Origin: Giardia intestinalis
Taxonomy: Eukaryota
DNA: 64,000 bases
Strand: one strand, 5' to 3'
Assembly (NCBI GenBank): GCA_000002435.2
Contig: CM018792.1
In this document: in pieces, positions 40,779 to 49,939 of the stretch
Position numbering within the stretch: position 1 is the stretch's first letter
Layout: every line of letters starts with the position of its first letter
Made by a program: the position numbers and the translations under genes
Notes under the pieces: model-generated
Database searches by the model: none
What the model saw: only the letters and a program-made list of their open reading frames with translations
What the model was told of the DNA's origin: nothing

Positions 40779-41165
40779 CCCGAGAAGGGCATACTCTGGC
40801 AGTCAGGCATGTGCTTGTTATGAACCACGGCCTGTTCCTCGATGAGAGTCTAAAGCGGATGGTTGCCTCTGATGCTTTTTAATTACCACGAGCAACCAGC
40901 CTGCTCTGCATTACAAGACATCGTTATCGTACACAGGGTAGGCTACTGCCTCTATGCCATGCCGCCCCTAACACCCGCCAGTACGGGCGATCAACTATCA
41001 GTTATCAGTCGGTTTGTGGGGACAAGTGCCAGTGGGTGGAGCAGACCTCCCATACAGACCCATCTGGTATGCAATTGCAGAGTGAAGGGACAGCGCTCAC
41101 TGATGCGCAGCAGTACCGGGTAGATGGATAGCAGATATCCACTGAGCACTAACCATCACTGACGC

Positions 41166-41172
41166 GTTTACT
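41166..41172 (-). promoter_or_regulatory. poly(A) signal AGTAAAC downstream of repeat-VSP stop (TAG at 41185-41187)
   Basis: The reverse complement of 41166-41172 is AGTAAAC. The 15-nt context ttaggtagtaaacgc is identical to that at 31661-31675 after the other VSP. Confidence 0.5.
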
Positions 41173-41184
41173 ACCTAAGTACAT

Positions 41185-44100
41185 CTACGCTTTCCCCCGA
41201 CAAATAAACCACCAACAGAGGAAGCCGGCAAGGCCTCCGACGACGACCACCACGGCGACGGTGATACCTGCTATGGCGCCTGTGGAAAGGCCTCCCTTAT
41301 TGACGCTTCCACCGGCACCGCCGCTAGATACGCATGCGTTTGCGGCCTCGTCCAGTGCGTGCCCCTCCGCGCATGCTTTGCACTTGGCTGTGCCCGTGTC
41401 CCCTGTCGGCGCATCACAGGCCGCACAGTTTGCCACTCCTTTGTTGCTATCTGCACCAACGGAGTCTGAGCACAGAATGCACTCGCTGCCCGGTGTCTTA
41501 ACTGATGCCTTGTTTTGGAAAACACTTCCGTCAGCCTTGCAAGCGGCACATACCCCACCGACTGCATTGGTGCATATAAGTTCTCCGGGAGACGCCCCTG
41601 TTTTATAACAGCCGCCCATGAAGAGGAAGTACCCGTCGCCGCCACATTTACCACACGAGGTGTCCGTGCCCTCTATTGCGGCTCCGCCCGATTGCGTGCA
41701 CTTTGCCGTCTTTGTGACGAGATCGTCCCCGAACGCCGTGCAGACACCGTCGATGGGTGCGAAGCCCTGCTTGCATTGTGTACACGCTTGGGCTGATCCT
41801 ATAGTTACCAGTTTGTCGACCTCGCATTGGAAAGACGGAGGGGCCCTGCATGCGTTTGCGGCCTCGTCCAGTGCGTGCCCCTCCGCGCATGCTTTGCACT
41901 TGGCTGTGCCCGTGTCCCCTGTCGGCGCATCACAGGCCGCACAGTTTGCCACTCCTTTGTTGCTATCTGCACCAACGGAGTCTGAGCACAGAATGCACTC
42001 GCTGCCCGGTGTCTTAACTGATGCCTTGTTTTGGAAAACACTTCCGTCAGCCTTGCAAGCGGCACATACCCCACCGACTGCATTGGTGCATATAAGTTCT
42101 CCGGGAGACGCCCCTGTTTTATAACAGCCGCCCATGAAGAGGAAGTACCCGTCGCCGCCACATTTACCACACGAGGTGTCCGTGCCCTCTATTGCGGCTC
42201 CGCCCGATTGCGTGCACTTTGCCGTCTTTGTGACGAGATCGTCCCCGAACGCCGTGCAGACACCGTCGATGGGTGCGAAGCCCTGCTTGCATTGTGTACA
42301 CGCTTGGGCTGATCCTATAGTTACCAGTTTGTCGACCTCGCATTGGAAAGACGGAGGGGCCCTGCATGCGTTTGCGGCCTCGTCCAGTGCGTGCCCCTCC
42401 GCGCATGCTTTGCACTTGGCTGTGCCCGTGTCCCCTGTCGGCGCATCACAGGCCGCACAGTTTGCCACTCCTTTGTTGCTATCTGCACCAACGGAGTCTG
42501 AGCACAGAATGCACTCGCTGCCCGGTGTCTTAACTGATGCCTTGTTTTGGAAAACACTTCCGTCAGCCTTGCAAGCGGCACATACCCCACCGACTGCATT
42601 GGTGCATATAAGTTCTCCGGGAGACGCCCCTGTTTTATAACAGCCGCCCATGAAGAGGAAGTACCCGTCGCCGCCACATTTACCACACGAGGTGTCCGTG
42701 CCCTCTATTGCGGCTCCGCCCGATTGCGTGCACTTTGCCGTCTTTGTGACGAGATCGTCCCCGAACGCCGTGCAGACACCGTCGATGGGTGCGAAGCCCT
42801 GCTTGCATTGTGTACACGCTTGGGCTGATCCTATAGTTACCAGTTTGTCGACCTCGCATTGGAAAGACGGAGGGGCCCTGCATGCGTTTGCGGCCTCGTC
42901 CAGTGCGTGCCCCTCCGCGCATGCTTTGCACTTGGCTGTGCCCGTGTCCCCTGTCGGCGCATCACAGGCCGCACAGTTTGCCACTCCTTTGTTGCTATCT
43001 GCACCAACGGAGTCTGAGCACAGAATGCACTCGCTGCCCGGTGTCTTAACTGATGCCTTGTTTTGGAAAACACTTCCGTCAGCCTTGCAAGCGGCACATA
43101 CCCCACCGACTGCATTGGTGCATATAAGTTCTCCGGGAGACGCCCCTGTTTTATAACAGCCGCCCATGAAGAGGAAGTACCCGTCGCCGCCACATTTACC
43201 ACACGAGGTGTCCGTGCCCTCTATTGCGGCTCCGCCCGATTGCGTGCACTTTGCCGTCTTTGTGACGAGATCGTCCCCGAACGCCGTGCAGACACCGTCG
43301 ATGGGTGCGAAGCCCTGCTTGCATTGTGTACACGCTTGGGCTGATCCTATAGTTACCAGTTTGTCGACCTCGCATTGGAAAGACGGAGGGGCCCTGCATG
43401 CGTTTGCGGCCTCGTCCAGTGCGTGCCCCTCCGCGCATGCTTTGCACTTGGCTGTGCCCGTGTCCCCTGTCGGCGCATCACAGGCCGCACAGTTTGCCAC
43501 TCCTTTGTTGCTATCTGCACCAACGGAGTCTGAGCACAGAATGCACTCGCTGCCCGGTGTCTTAACTGATGCCTTGTTTTGGAAAACACTTCCGTCAGCC
43601 TTGCAAGCGGCACATACCCCACCGACTGCATTGGTGCATATAAGTTCTCCGGGAGACGCCCCTGTTTTATAACAGCCGCCCATGAAGAGGAAGTACCCGT
43701 CGCCGCCACATTTACCACACGAGGTGTCCGTGCCCTCTATTGCGGCTCCGCCCGATTGCGTGCACTTTGCCGTCTTTGTGACGAGATCGTCCCCGAACGC
43801 CGTGCAGACACCGTCGATGGGTGCGAAGCCCTGCTTGCATTGTGTACACGCTTGGGCTGATCCTATAGTTACCAGTTTGTCGACCTCGCATTGGAAAGAC
43901 GGAGGGGCCCTGCATGCGTTTGCGGCCTCGTCCAGTGCGTGCCCCTCCGCGCATGCTTTGCACTTGGCTGTGCCCGTGTCCCCTGTCGGCGCATCACAGG
44001 CCGCACAGTTTGCCACTCCTTTGTTGCTATCTGCACCAACGGAGTCTGAGCACAGAATGCACTCGCTGCCCGGTGTCTTAACTGATGCCTTGTTTTGGAA

Positions 44101-45627
44101 AACACTTCCGTCAGCCTTGCAAGCGGCACATACCCCACCGACTGCATTGGTGCATATAAGTTCTCCGGGAGACGCCCCTGTTTTATAACAGCCGCCCATG
44201 AAGAGGAAGTACCCGTCGCCGCCACATTTACCACACGAGGTGTCCGTGCCCTCTATTGCGGCTCCGCCCGATTGCGTGCACTTTGCCGTCTTTGTGACGA
44301 GATCGTCCCCGAACGCCGTGCAGACACCGTCGATGGGTGCGAAGCCCTGCTTGCATTGTGTACACGCTTGGGCTGATCCTATAGTTACCAGTTTGTCGAC
44401 CTCGCATTGGAAAGACGGAGGGGCCCTGCATGCGTTTGCGGCCTCGTCCAGTGCGTGCCCCTCCGCGCATGCTTTGCACTTGGCTGTGCCCGTGTCCCCT
44501 GTCGGCGCATCACAGGCCGCACAGTTTGCCACTCCTTTGTTGCTATCTGCACCAACGGAGTCTGAGCACAGAATGCACTCGCTGCCCGGTGTCTTAACTG
44601 ATGCCTTGTTTTGGAAAACACTTCCGTCAGCCTTGCAAGCGGCACATACCCCACCGACTGCATTGGTGCATATAAGTTCTCCGGGAGACGCCCCTGTTTT
44701 ATAACAGCCGCCCATGAAGAGGAAGTACCCGTCGCCGCCACATTTACCACACGAGGTGTCCGTGCCCTCTATTGCGGCTCCGCCCGATTGCGTGCACTTT
44801 GCCGTCTTTGTGACGAGATCGTCCCCGAACGCCGTGCAGACACCGTCGATGGGTGCGAAGCCCTGCTTGCATTGTGTACACGCTTGGGCTGATCCTATAG
44901 TTACCAGTTTGTCGACCTCGCATTGGAAAGACGGAGGGGCCCTGCATGCGTTTGCGGCCTCGTCCAGTGCGTGCCCCTCCGCGCATGCTTTGCACTTGGC
45001 TGTGCCCGTGTCCCCTGTCGGCGCATCACAGGCCGCACAGTTTGCCACTCCTTTGTTGCTATCTGCACCAACGGAGTCTGAGCACAGAATGCACTCGCTG
45101 CCCGGTGTCTTAACTGATGCCTTGTTTTGGAAAACACTTCCGTCAGCCTTGCAAGCGGCACATACCCCACCGACTGCATTGGTGCATATAAGTTCTCCGG
45201 GAGACGCCCCTGTTTTATAACAGCCGCCCATGAAGAGGAAGTACCCGTCGCCGCCACATTTACCACACGAGGTGTCCGTGCCCTCTATTGCGGCTCCGCC
45301 CGATTGCGTGCACTTTGCCGTCTTTGTGACGAGATCGTCCCCGAACGCCGTGCAGACACCGTCGATGGGTGCGAAGCCCTGCTTGCATTGTGTACACGCT
45401 TGGGCTGATCCTATAGTTACCAGTTTGTCGACCTCGCATTGGAAAGACGGAGGGGCCCTGCATGCGTTTGCGGCCTCGTCCAGTGCGTGCCCCTCCGCGC
45501 ATTCCATGGGACTGCTTATTCCCTCTATTGTTCCGCACTGATTGCCAGTTGCGCGACTGTTTCTAGTGCCTCCAGCGCAGTTTGCAGCAAGCACATTCAG
45601 CACGAATAGAAGCTCTACTACCAACAT
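41185..45627 (-). CDS. vsp: variant-specific surface protein (VSP) containing ~8 identical 172-aa tandem repeats (1480 aa)
   Basis: Signal peptide MLVVELLFVLNVLAANCAGG, CXXC-rich ectodomain with GGCY motifs, C-terminal TM helix and the tail 'GFLCWWFICRGKA'. The internal unit 'CAEGHALDEAANACRAPPSFQCEVDK...TGDTGTAKCKA' is repeated 8 times. Confidence 0.9.
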   Translation of the reverse strand: MLVVELLFVLNVLAANCAGGTRNSRATGNQCGTIEGISSPMECAEGHALDEAANACRAPPSFQCEVDKLVTIGSAQACTQCKQGFAPIDGVCTAFGDDLVTKTAKCTQSGGAAIEGTDTSCGKCGGDGYFLFMGGCYKTGASPGELICTNAVGGVCAACKADGSVFQNKASVKTPGSECILCSDSVGADSNKGVANCAACDAPTGDTGTAKCKACAEGHALDEAANACRAPPSFQCEVDKLVTIGSAQACTQCKQGFAPIDGVCTAFGDDLVTKTAKCTQSGGAAIEGTDTSCGKCGGDGYFLFMGGCYKTGASPGELICTNAVGGVCAACKADGSVFQNKASVKTPGSECILCSDSVGADSNKGVANCAACDAPTGDTGTAKCKACAEGHALDEAANACRAPPSFQCEVDKLVTIGSAQACTQCKQGFAPIDGVCTAFGDDLVTKTAKCTQSGGAAIEGTDTSCGKCGGDGYFLFMGGCYKTGASPGELICTNAVGGVCAACKADGSVFQNKASVKTPGSECILCSDSVGADSNKGVANCAACDAPTGDTGTAKCKACAEGHALDEAANACRAPPSFQCEVDKLVTIGSAQACTQCKQGFAPIDGVCTAFGDDLVTKTAKCTQSGGAAIEGTDTSCGKCGGDGYFLFMGGCYKTGASPGELICTNAVGGVCAACKADGSVFQNKASVKTPGSECILCSDSVGADSNKGVANCAACDAPTGDTGTAKCKACAEGHALDEAANACRAPPSFQCEVDKLVTIGSAQACTQCKQGFAPIDGVCTAFGDDLVTKTAKCTQSGGAAIEGTDTSCGKCGGDGYFLFMGGCYKTGASPGELICTNAVGGVCAACKADGSVFQNKASVKTPGSECILCSDSVGADSNKGVANCAACDAPTGDTGTAKCKACAEGHALDEAANACRAPPSFQCEVDKLVTIGSAQACTQCKQGFAPIDGVCTAFGDDLVTKTAKCTQSGGAAIEGTDTSCGKCGGDGYFLFMGGCYKTGASPGELICTNAVGGVCAACKADGSVFQNKASVKTPGSECILCSDSVGADSNKGVANCAACDAPTGDTGTAKCKACAEGHALDEAANACRAPPSFQCEVDKLVTIGSAQACTQCKQGFAPIDGVCTAFGDDLVTKTAKCTQSGGAAIEGTDTSCGKCGGDGYFLFMGGCYKTGASPGELICTNAVGGVCAACKADGSVFQNKASVKTPGSECILCSDSVGADSNKGVANCAACDAPTGDTGTAKCKACAEGHALDEAANACRAPPSFQCEVDKLVTIGSAQACTQCKQGFAPIDGVCTAFGDDLVTKTAKCTQSGGAAIEGTDTSCGKCGGDGYFLFMGGCYKTGASPGELICTNAVGGVCAACKADGSVFQNKASVKTPGSECILCSDSVGADSNKGVANCAACDAPTGDTGTAKCKACAEGHALDEAANACVSSGGAGGSVNKGGLSTGAIAGITVAVVVVVGGLAGFLCWWFICRGKA
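41300..45500. repeat. tandem array of ~8 apparently identical 516-bp units inside the VSP coding region
   Basis: The six-frame track shows identical ORFs recurring every 516 nt (e.g. 41618, 42134 ... 45230 and 41515, 42031 ... 45127). The flanks diverge at ~41330 and ~45497. The period is a multiple of 3, so the frame is maintained. Confidence 0.9.
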
Positions 45628-45907
45628 TGTAGTATACCTTGGGCTTTACACCGACTCCTGGCGATAGCAGTGCCTGGGCGGGCCCCTTCCTCCAGGGAGA
45701 GTTCTAGTTCGAGGGCGACCGCCAGGGAGGAGCCCGGTGCTGTGTTACTGGCCCTTGTTCGATGCTTGGCCAGTCTGAAGGCTGGGGCGGGTCGCTGATA
45801 ATATATAGTGCGACGTATCGTCCCACTGACGCATCTAAGCCTGTGCGCTCCTCAATTGCTCCGCGGGCATCCCAGCCCAAGCAGCCTCTGAGGCCCACGG
45901 ATGATGC

Positions 45908-45985
45908 GGTCGGCTAACTCAGTCGGTAGAGCAACACTGGAGTCTGAAGTCTGAGATCAGATGCCCTCGATCTCGGGGGAAGAAC
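45908..45985 (+). pseudogene. degenerate tRNA-like fragment related to the tRNA-Ile at 48692
   Basis: The first 25 nt (GGTCGGCTAACTCAGTCGGTAGAGC) match the acceptor/D-arm of the downstream tRNA-Ile at 23 of 25 positions. Then comes a duplicated AGTCTGA heptamer and a 6-bp perfect hairpin (gagatc...gatctc). No canonical anticodon or T arm folds. Confidence 0.3.
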
Positions 45986-48486
45986 TCCTATGCCCGCCTC
46001 CCCTAGAAGCTGCCGCTCCTCGCGGTGCCCCCTAGGACTTCCTTCTCTCTGGCCCGTCGGGGCCAACCATCGTCTGGCATCTAGTGAGCACCCGCTGTCC
46101 CGGGCCTTGCGTCGGTCACAGGACCTGGCCTCAGAGCAGTTGACTCTGGCGCTCCGTGACGAAGATGGGATACGCCACGACCCCGGGTGCCTACCCCGTT
46201 CCTCGGGGTGCCTCTTCGTCTTCTCATGAAGCGAGTCATCAGTCCCGAGTATGATCGGAGGGTGCGCTCCCCGTGCGCCTCTGTCTTGGAGTCATAGTAC
46301 GCGTTCGTGGATGCCGGCGGAGTACTCCTATACGTTGGCGTCGGGGAGGAGGCTCGGCCCTCTGCTCACGGATCGCAGGGCGCTCTTGCAGGTGCTCCGT
46401 CACCCAGCACGAGATCATGTCGACGCTCACCCTGTGCAGTGTGTCTGGCTCAGTGATGTGTGGGCTGGTCCATCCTCACACCGCACACTTGGGGTGATGC
46501 TTCGGTCCACCGAGGCGTCGTCCAAAGCATCAGAAGCGATCAGGACCGGTTCGCTGTCAGGCCGTCTCTCTCTACAACCGGCACCCGTCTACTCGATGGT
46601 GTCAAAGGATTACGCAGCTGCTGTGGTAAGCGCCCAGCAAGTGGCCCAGGCCGCCACCACTCTCCGGTGCAGGCAGGATTAGTCCACTTCTGCCAGCCAG
46701 ACACTCCAAGGATCCCGACTTGCCTGTCGAGGGATTCACATGGGTCACGTGTGGGTCCGTCTCGACCAGCGTGGTGAGTGATTAGTGCCATCACTAGCTT
46801 CAAGCTCTCCGTTGCCTTGGAAGCTCCTTAAGACCGGCCAGGAAGAAGGCCTCCTGCTCCTCAGTGCTCCCACACCCAGTGTTGACCGTCGAGCCAATCG
46901 CTTCGCCGGGCCTATCGCTTCTGTGACTGCCCCGTCGCGTCGCTGTCGTCGGCACGGGCAGTGAGCGGGGCATCTCCTCAGCTCCTGGCGAGCAGGTTCT
47001 GTCCCGCGCAGCACAGAAGCATGCGCAGGGTCCCGAGGGACCGAGTCCAGGGGTGCAGCGTGTCGCAGCCGGAGGAAGGCCTCGACGCAGCTCCTTGGAA
47101 CTGTGTTGTGGAGCGAATCATGATCGTCCGTTCATCGTGCTTGTCCTGCCCTGTCTCTGGGGAAGGGCTAGACGGAACCGTACGGAGCACGCATTCCATC
47201 CTATGGATCGCGCCGAGGATCTCGCTGAAGGCCTGCACCCGGATGGGCTCGCCAGCGCAGGCCCGGAGACTTCGAGCCCCGCGGACTGGCCGTCCGTGCT
47301 CTCCGATGGCTGAGGGGGCTCTTGTCTCTCAGGGGCCAGGCCGTCCTGATCCGGCCCTCTGGATAGCAAGGTGCTGGTCGTCGGTGGCGCTGTTAGGGGG
47401 CAGCTCCCCCTCGAGGCGAGGCTTCAGGCCGGGCAGTGGGGTGGTGAATGCCGCTCCTCCGCTTCCCCGCTGTGTGGGGAGGTACCCTCCCCTGAGCACG
47501 TTCGCACGAAGGGCGCTGAAGAGGACGTCCTTCTCCATCCCCGCTGCCCCACTCAGTAGCACCCTGCATCCGGTGTCCGTGCTGCATACGTCTGGACGGC
47601 CTCGCCGCGGAGGGTCTTCGCGCAGGACAGGCACGTGCTCTTCCGCTCCTACTACTTTGGCGTTCGCCCGGTGCCGCTCCAGCGCAGAGTGCTCCTCTCC
47701 GTCAGGTTCCTAAGGTCCTCGTTCTCGCTGTGATACCTGATCTATCCCTCTTGAGGGGTGGGGTTCACGGTGCACTGGTGCGTGTCCGGGGCGACGTCTC
47801 CCTTGTAGAGTTCTGCAGGTTCCACGACCCTCTGGGGATAGCCAGCGACTGGGACCCCTGTTTGAGGCTAGGGCTGGCCTGGCTCCACCGGGCCGCGAAC
47901 AACTCAAGGGCGCTCTGGTGTCGCTGGTCTCTCAACCGCACACTCGACCTGTCTTAGCAGATAACGGGTCGTGCCTGGGCACCTCCGGGAAGCGCTCCGG
48001 TCCGATGCTTTCTGTCCGGGGCATCACGGCAGGCAACGGTGAGGGCCCACGAGGGACACCGCACTCGGGCGCCGGGGCATGGTGCATGGGCTGGCACCGT
48101 CTGTCTGTCGCAAGGCTGCAGAAGGAGCTCAGACGGGGAGGGTTCCCGAGACGTGCTGCTCAGGGCCCTCCGGTGATGTGAAGGAGGCGTGGCAGCTCCT
48201 CGTGCTGTGGATCGCATAGGAGGTCCCCGATGGTGCAGTCTCTTAGTGAACTCCAGCATCCTTGAGCCAGTTCGTGTAGTCAGCGAGTGACCCCATTGGG
48301 ACCATTGAGAGCCTGCCACCATGCGCCGCTCTCCATGACAGGGAGGTGCGGGCCCCCTGCTCACTCTATCGGCTGCTCTCTAGACTCTCTTCTTCGGGCC
48401 TCTACAAGCCCTCCTCGGCGGCTTCCCGTCTGGGCCTCTCCCAAAGGCTCGGACTCTCAGACCTCGAGGGTGCGCAGAGGGCTGGC

Positions 48487-48738
48487 GGGTGCTGGGCCGG
48501 CGGGGGGTCCGGCGAGGGGCCGCGGTCGGTTAGCTCAGTCGGTAGAGCGTCAGTCTGATAAGCTGAAGGCGGGTGCTGGGCCGGCGGGGGGTCCGGCGAG
48601 GGGCCGCGGTCGGTTAGCTCAGTCGGTAGAGCGTCAGTCTGATAAGCTGAAGGCGGGTGCTGGGCCGGCGGGGGGTCCGGCGAGGGGCCGCGGTCGGTTA
48701 GCTCAGTCGGTAGAGCGTCAGTCTGATAAGCTGAAGGT
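48487..48738 (+). repeat. three tandem 84-bp units, each containing 41 nt of GC-rich leader plus the 5' 43 nt (acceptor-D-anticodon arm) of tRNA-Ile
   Basis: The unit 'gggtgctgggccggcggggggtccggcgaggggccgc|ggtcggttagctcagtcggtagagcgtcagtctgataagctgaagg' recurs at 48487, 48571 and 48655. Only the third copy continues into the variable loop, T arm and acceptor 3' strand. Confidence 0.8.
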
Positions 48739-48764
48739 CGGGGGTTCGAGCCCCCCACCGACCA
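48692..48764 (+). tRNA. tRNA-Ile (anticodon GAU)
   Basis: Manual cloverleaf: 7-bp acceptor GGTCGGT/ACCGACC; D arm GCTC-AGTCGGTA-GAGC; anticodon arm TCAGT-CTGATAA-GCTGA (U33, anticodon GAT, A37); 5-nt variable loop; T arm GGGGG-TTCGAGC-CCCCC; discriminator A. No encoded CCA. Closely resembles eukaryotic tRNA-Ile genes. Confidence 0.8.
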
Positions 48765-48778
48765 CTTTGTCTTCCATA

Positions 48779-48970
48779 ATGGGTCCTCTGTGGTGGGTCC
48801 TCTGTGGTGGGTCCTCTGTGGTGGGTCCTCTGTGGTGGGTCCTCTGTGGTGGGTCCTCTGTGGTGGGTCCTCTGTGGTGGGTCCTCTGTGGTGGGTCCTC
48901 TGTGGTGGGTCCTCTGTGGTGGGTCCTCTGTGGTGGGTCCTCTGTGGTGGGTCCTCTGTGGTGGGTCCTC
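48779..48970. repeat. 14-bp minisatellite (ggtcctctgtggtg)n, ~13.5 copies, starting 15 nt after the tRNA
   Basis: Perfect 14-nt periodicity across 48781-48967. It produces the artefactual periodic ORF 'GPLWWVLCGGSSVV'n in the frame track. Confidence 0.85.
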
Positions 48971-49495
48971 GTGAGCCTGGACGGGCAGTCGTGCCTAGGG
49001 GAGTGCACCGGGGACAAAGTGGTGGGAGAGGTGTCCGGCGGCGTGCGGAGGTGCTGGTGCGAGCGGGGCCTCCTGCCGGCACTGGACAGATCCGAGTGTG
49101 TGCCCGCAGCTGAGTGTCCCCCTGATATATACTCATGACGTTTCCACAATTCTTCATAGAGTTGTGAATATCTGATATCTTTTAAAAGTAGTCACAAATT
49201 GTATGCATTTGCTATGACGATCCTTGCACAGATTGTTATTAAATATTGCTAAAACTAACCGTGTGTTCAATCTTCAAAATAAAAGATTTAGATCTAAATA
49301 ACAACATACATTTGGACACAGCCTTCTGAGAGCGCCAACTACTTTCACGTTTTAATCTTGTCCTCATCTCTACTTCTAATTCTAGACAAGTTCCATTTCG
49401 CTGATTGCCTAACTTTTAGTAAACCAAGGCGCTGCAAATTATCACTATATCAAACTTCTAATGTCTTAGAGTTCCCTTTACTTAACTGTAGATGC

Positions 49496-49939
49496 TTAAT
49501 TAATATTTGCAAGCTCAAACTGATCGTGCGCTGTTGACGCCTTGACGATGGCTTTGGTAGATGCTTCGCAAAAGCGCCCATTCATTATTATTTCATCTAA
49601 GACATGATATGCCTTAAGGTAGTTGAAAATAAGGTCAAGCTCGCTTACACCTCCAAAGTATCTATCGAGACACGTAGCAAAGAAGTGGATCATTTCATGT
49701 GCTAGTAGCTTGTTGTCTGAATTCTCAACTGCAAAGACAATCGTAAGGTCTGCATACTGCCTTAAGATAAGAGAACCTCTATCCCAGTCGATAATCCCAT
49801 TAGAAAGCGAGGCGTGGAGCTTCACAGTCCGTATAGCAAGCTGAATTGCGGCGGCTTGCTCAGCTGCCAGTAGGACCTTATACCACTTGAGCAGCCGGAT
49901 CTCGCTCTGTCCGTTGAATATGAGAACAAATTCAATCAT
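49496..49939 (-). CDS. clathrin adaptor (AP) complex sigma subunit
   Basis: 147-aa protein 'MIEFVLIFNGQSEIRLLKWY...LIFNYLKAYHVLDEIIMNG...ASTKAI' matching the sigma-adaptin consensus (MI.F.L..N.QGK.RL.KWY...ELD.IFNF.K.Y.ILDE...GGE..ETSK). Confidence 0.85.
   Translation of the reverse strand: MIEFVLIFNGQSEIRLLKWYKVLLAAEQAAAIQLAIRTVKLHASLSNGIIDWDRGSLILRQYADLTIVFAVENSDNKLLAHEMIHFFATCLDRYFGGVSELDLIFNYLKAYHVLDEIIMNGRFCEASTKAIVKASTAHDQFELANIN

Larger units (their letters stand above)
45640..49140. other. GC-rich (~65-80% GC) non-coding island between the repeat-VSP and the AP-sigma gene
   Basis: Abrupt compositional shift from the ~45-50% GC surroundings. All six frames show only short, overlapping R/P/S/G-rich ORFs on both strands, typical of non-coding GC-rich DNA. 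Contains the tRNA gene, partial tRNA repeats and minisatellite. Confidence 0.6.

Noticed and set aside
40830-40880. Possible box C/D snoRNA in the 3' intergenic region (cgatgaga ... ctga)
   Set aside because: The C-box is imperfect (GAUGAG rather than RUGAUGA). There are no complementary terminal stems, and the D-box is only a 4-mer. This is a chance-level match.
41261-45541. Dozens of periodic 83-168-aa ORFs on both strands and in alternate frames inside the VSP repeat array (e.g. 41618-42124, 41805-42170, 42031-42312)
   Set aside because: They recur every 516 nt only because the underlying DNA is a perfect tandem repeat. They overlap the long VSP ORF, which carries a signal peptide, TM helix and CRGKA tail, and are therefore frame artefacts.
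48487-48970. The 84-bp and 14-bp tandem repeats being a CRISPR array
   Set aside because: The genome is eukaryotic. The units are contiguous with no unique spacers, and the 84-bp unit is demonstrably tRNA-derived.
45640-49140. The GC-rich island being a copy or fragment of the (subtelomeric, very GC-rich) rDNA unit
   Set aside because: I found none of the universal SSU/LSU core motifs on either strand (e.g. GTGCCAGCAGCCGCGGTAA, GGTGGTGCATGGCCG, the sarcin-ricin loop region). There are also no TAGGG telomere arrays. A spacer-derived origin cannot be excluded without alignment.
46961-49157. ORFs of 250-283 aa within the GC-rich island (46961-47713, 48287-49138, 48402-49157, 48718-49149)
   Set aside because: They have R/P/S/G-dominated low-complexity translations and overlap one another on both strands. 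They also run straight through a tRNA gene and minisatellites. This is typical open-frame noise in high-GC non-coding DNA.
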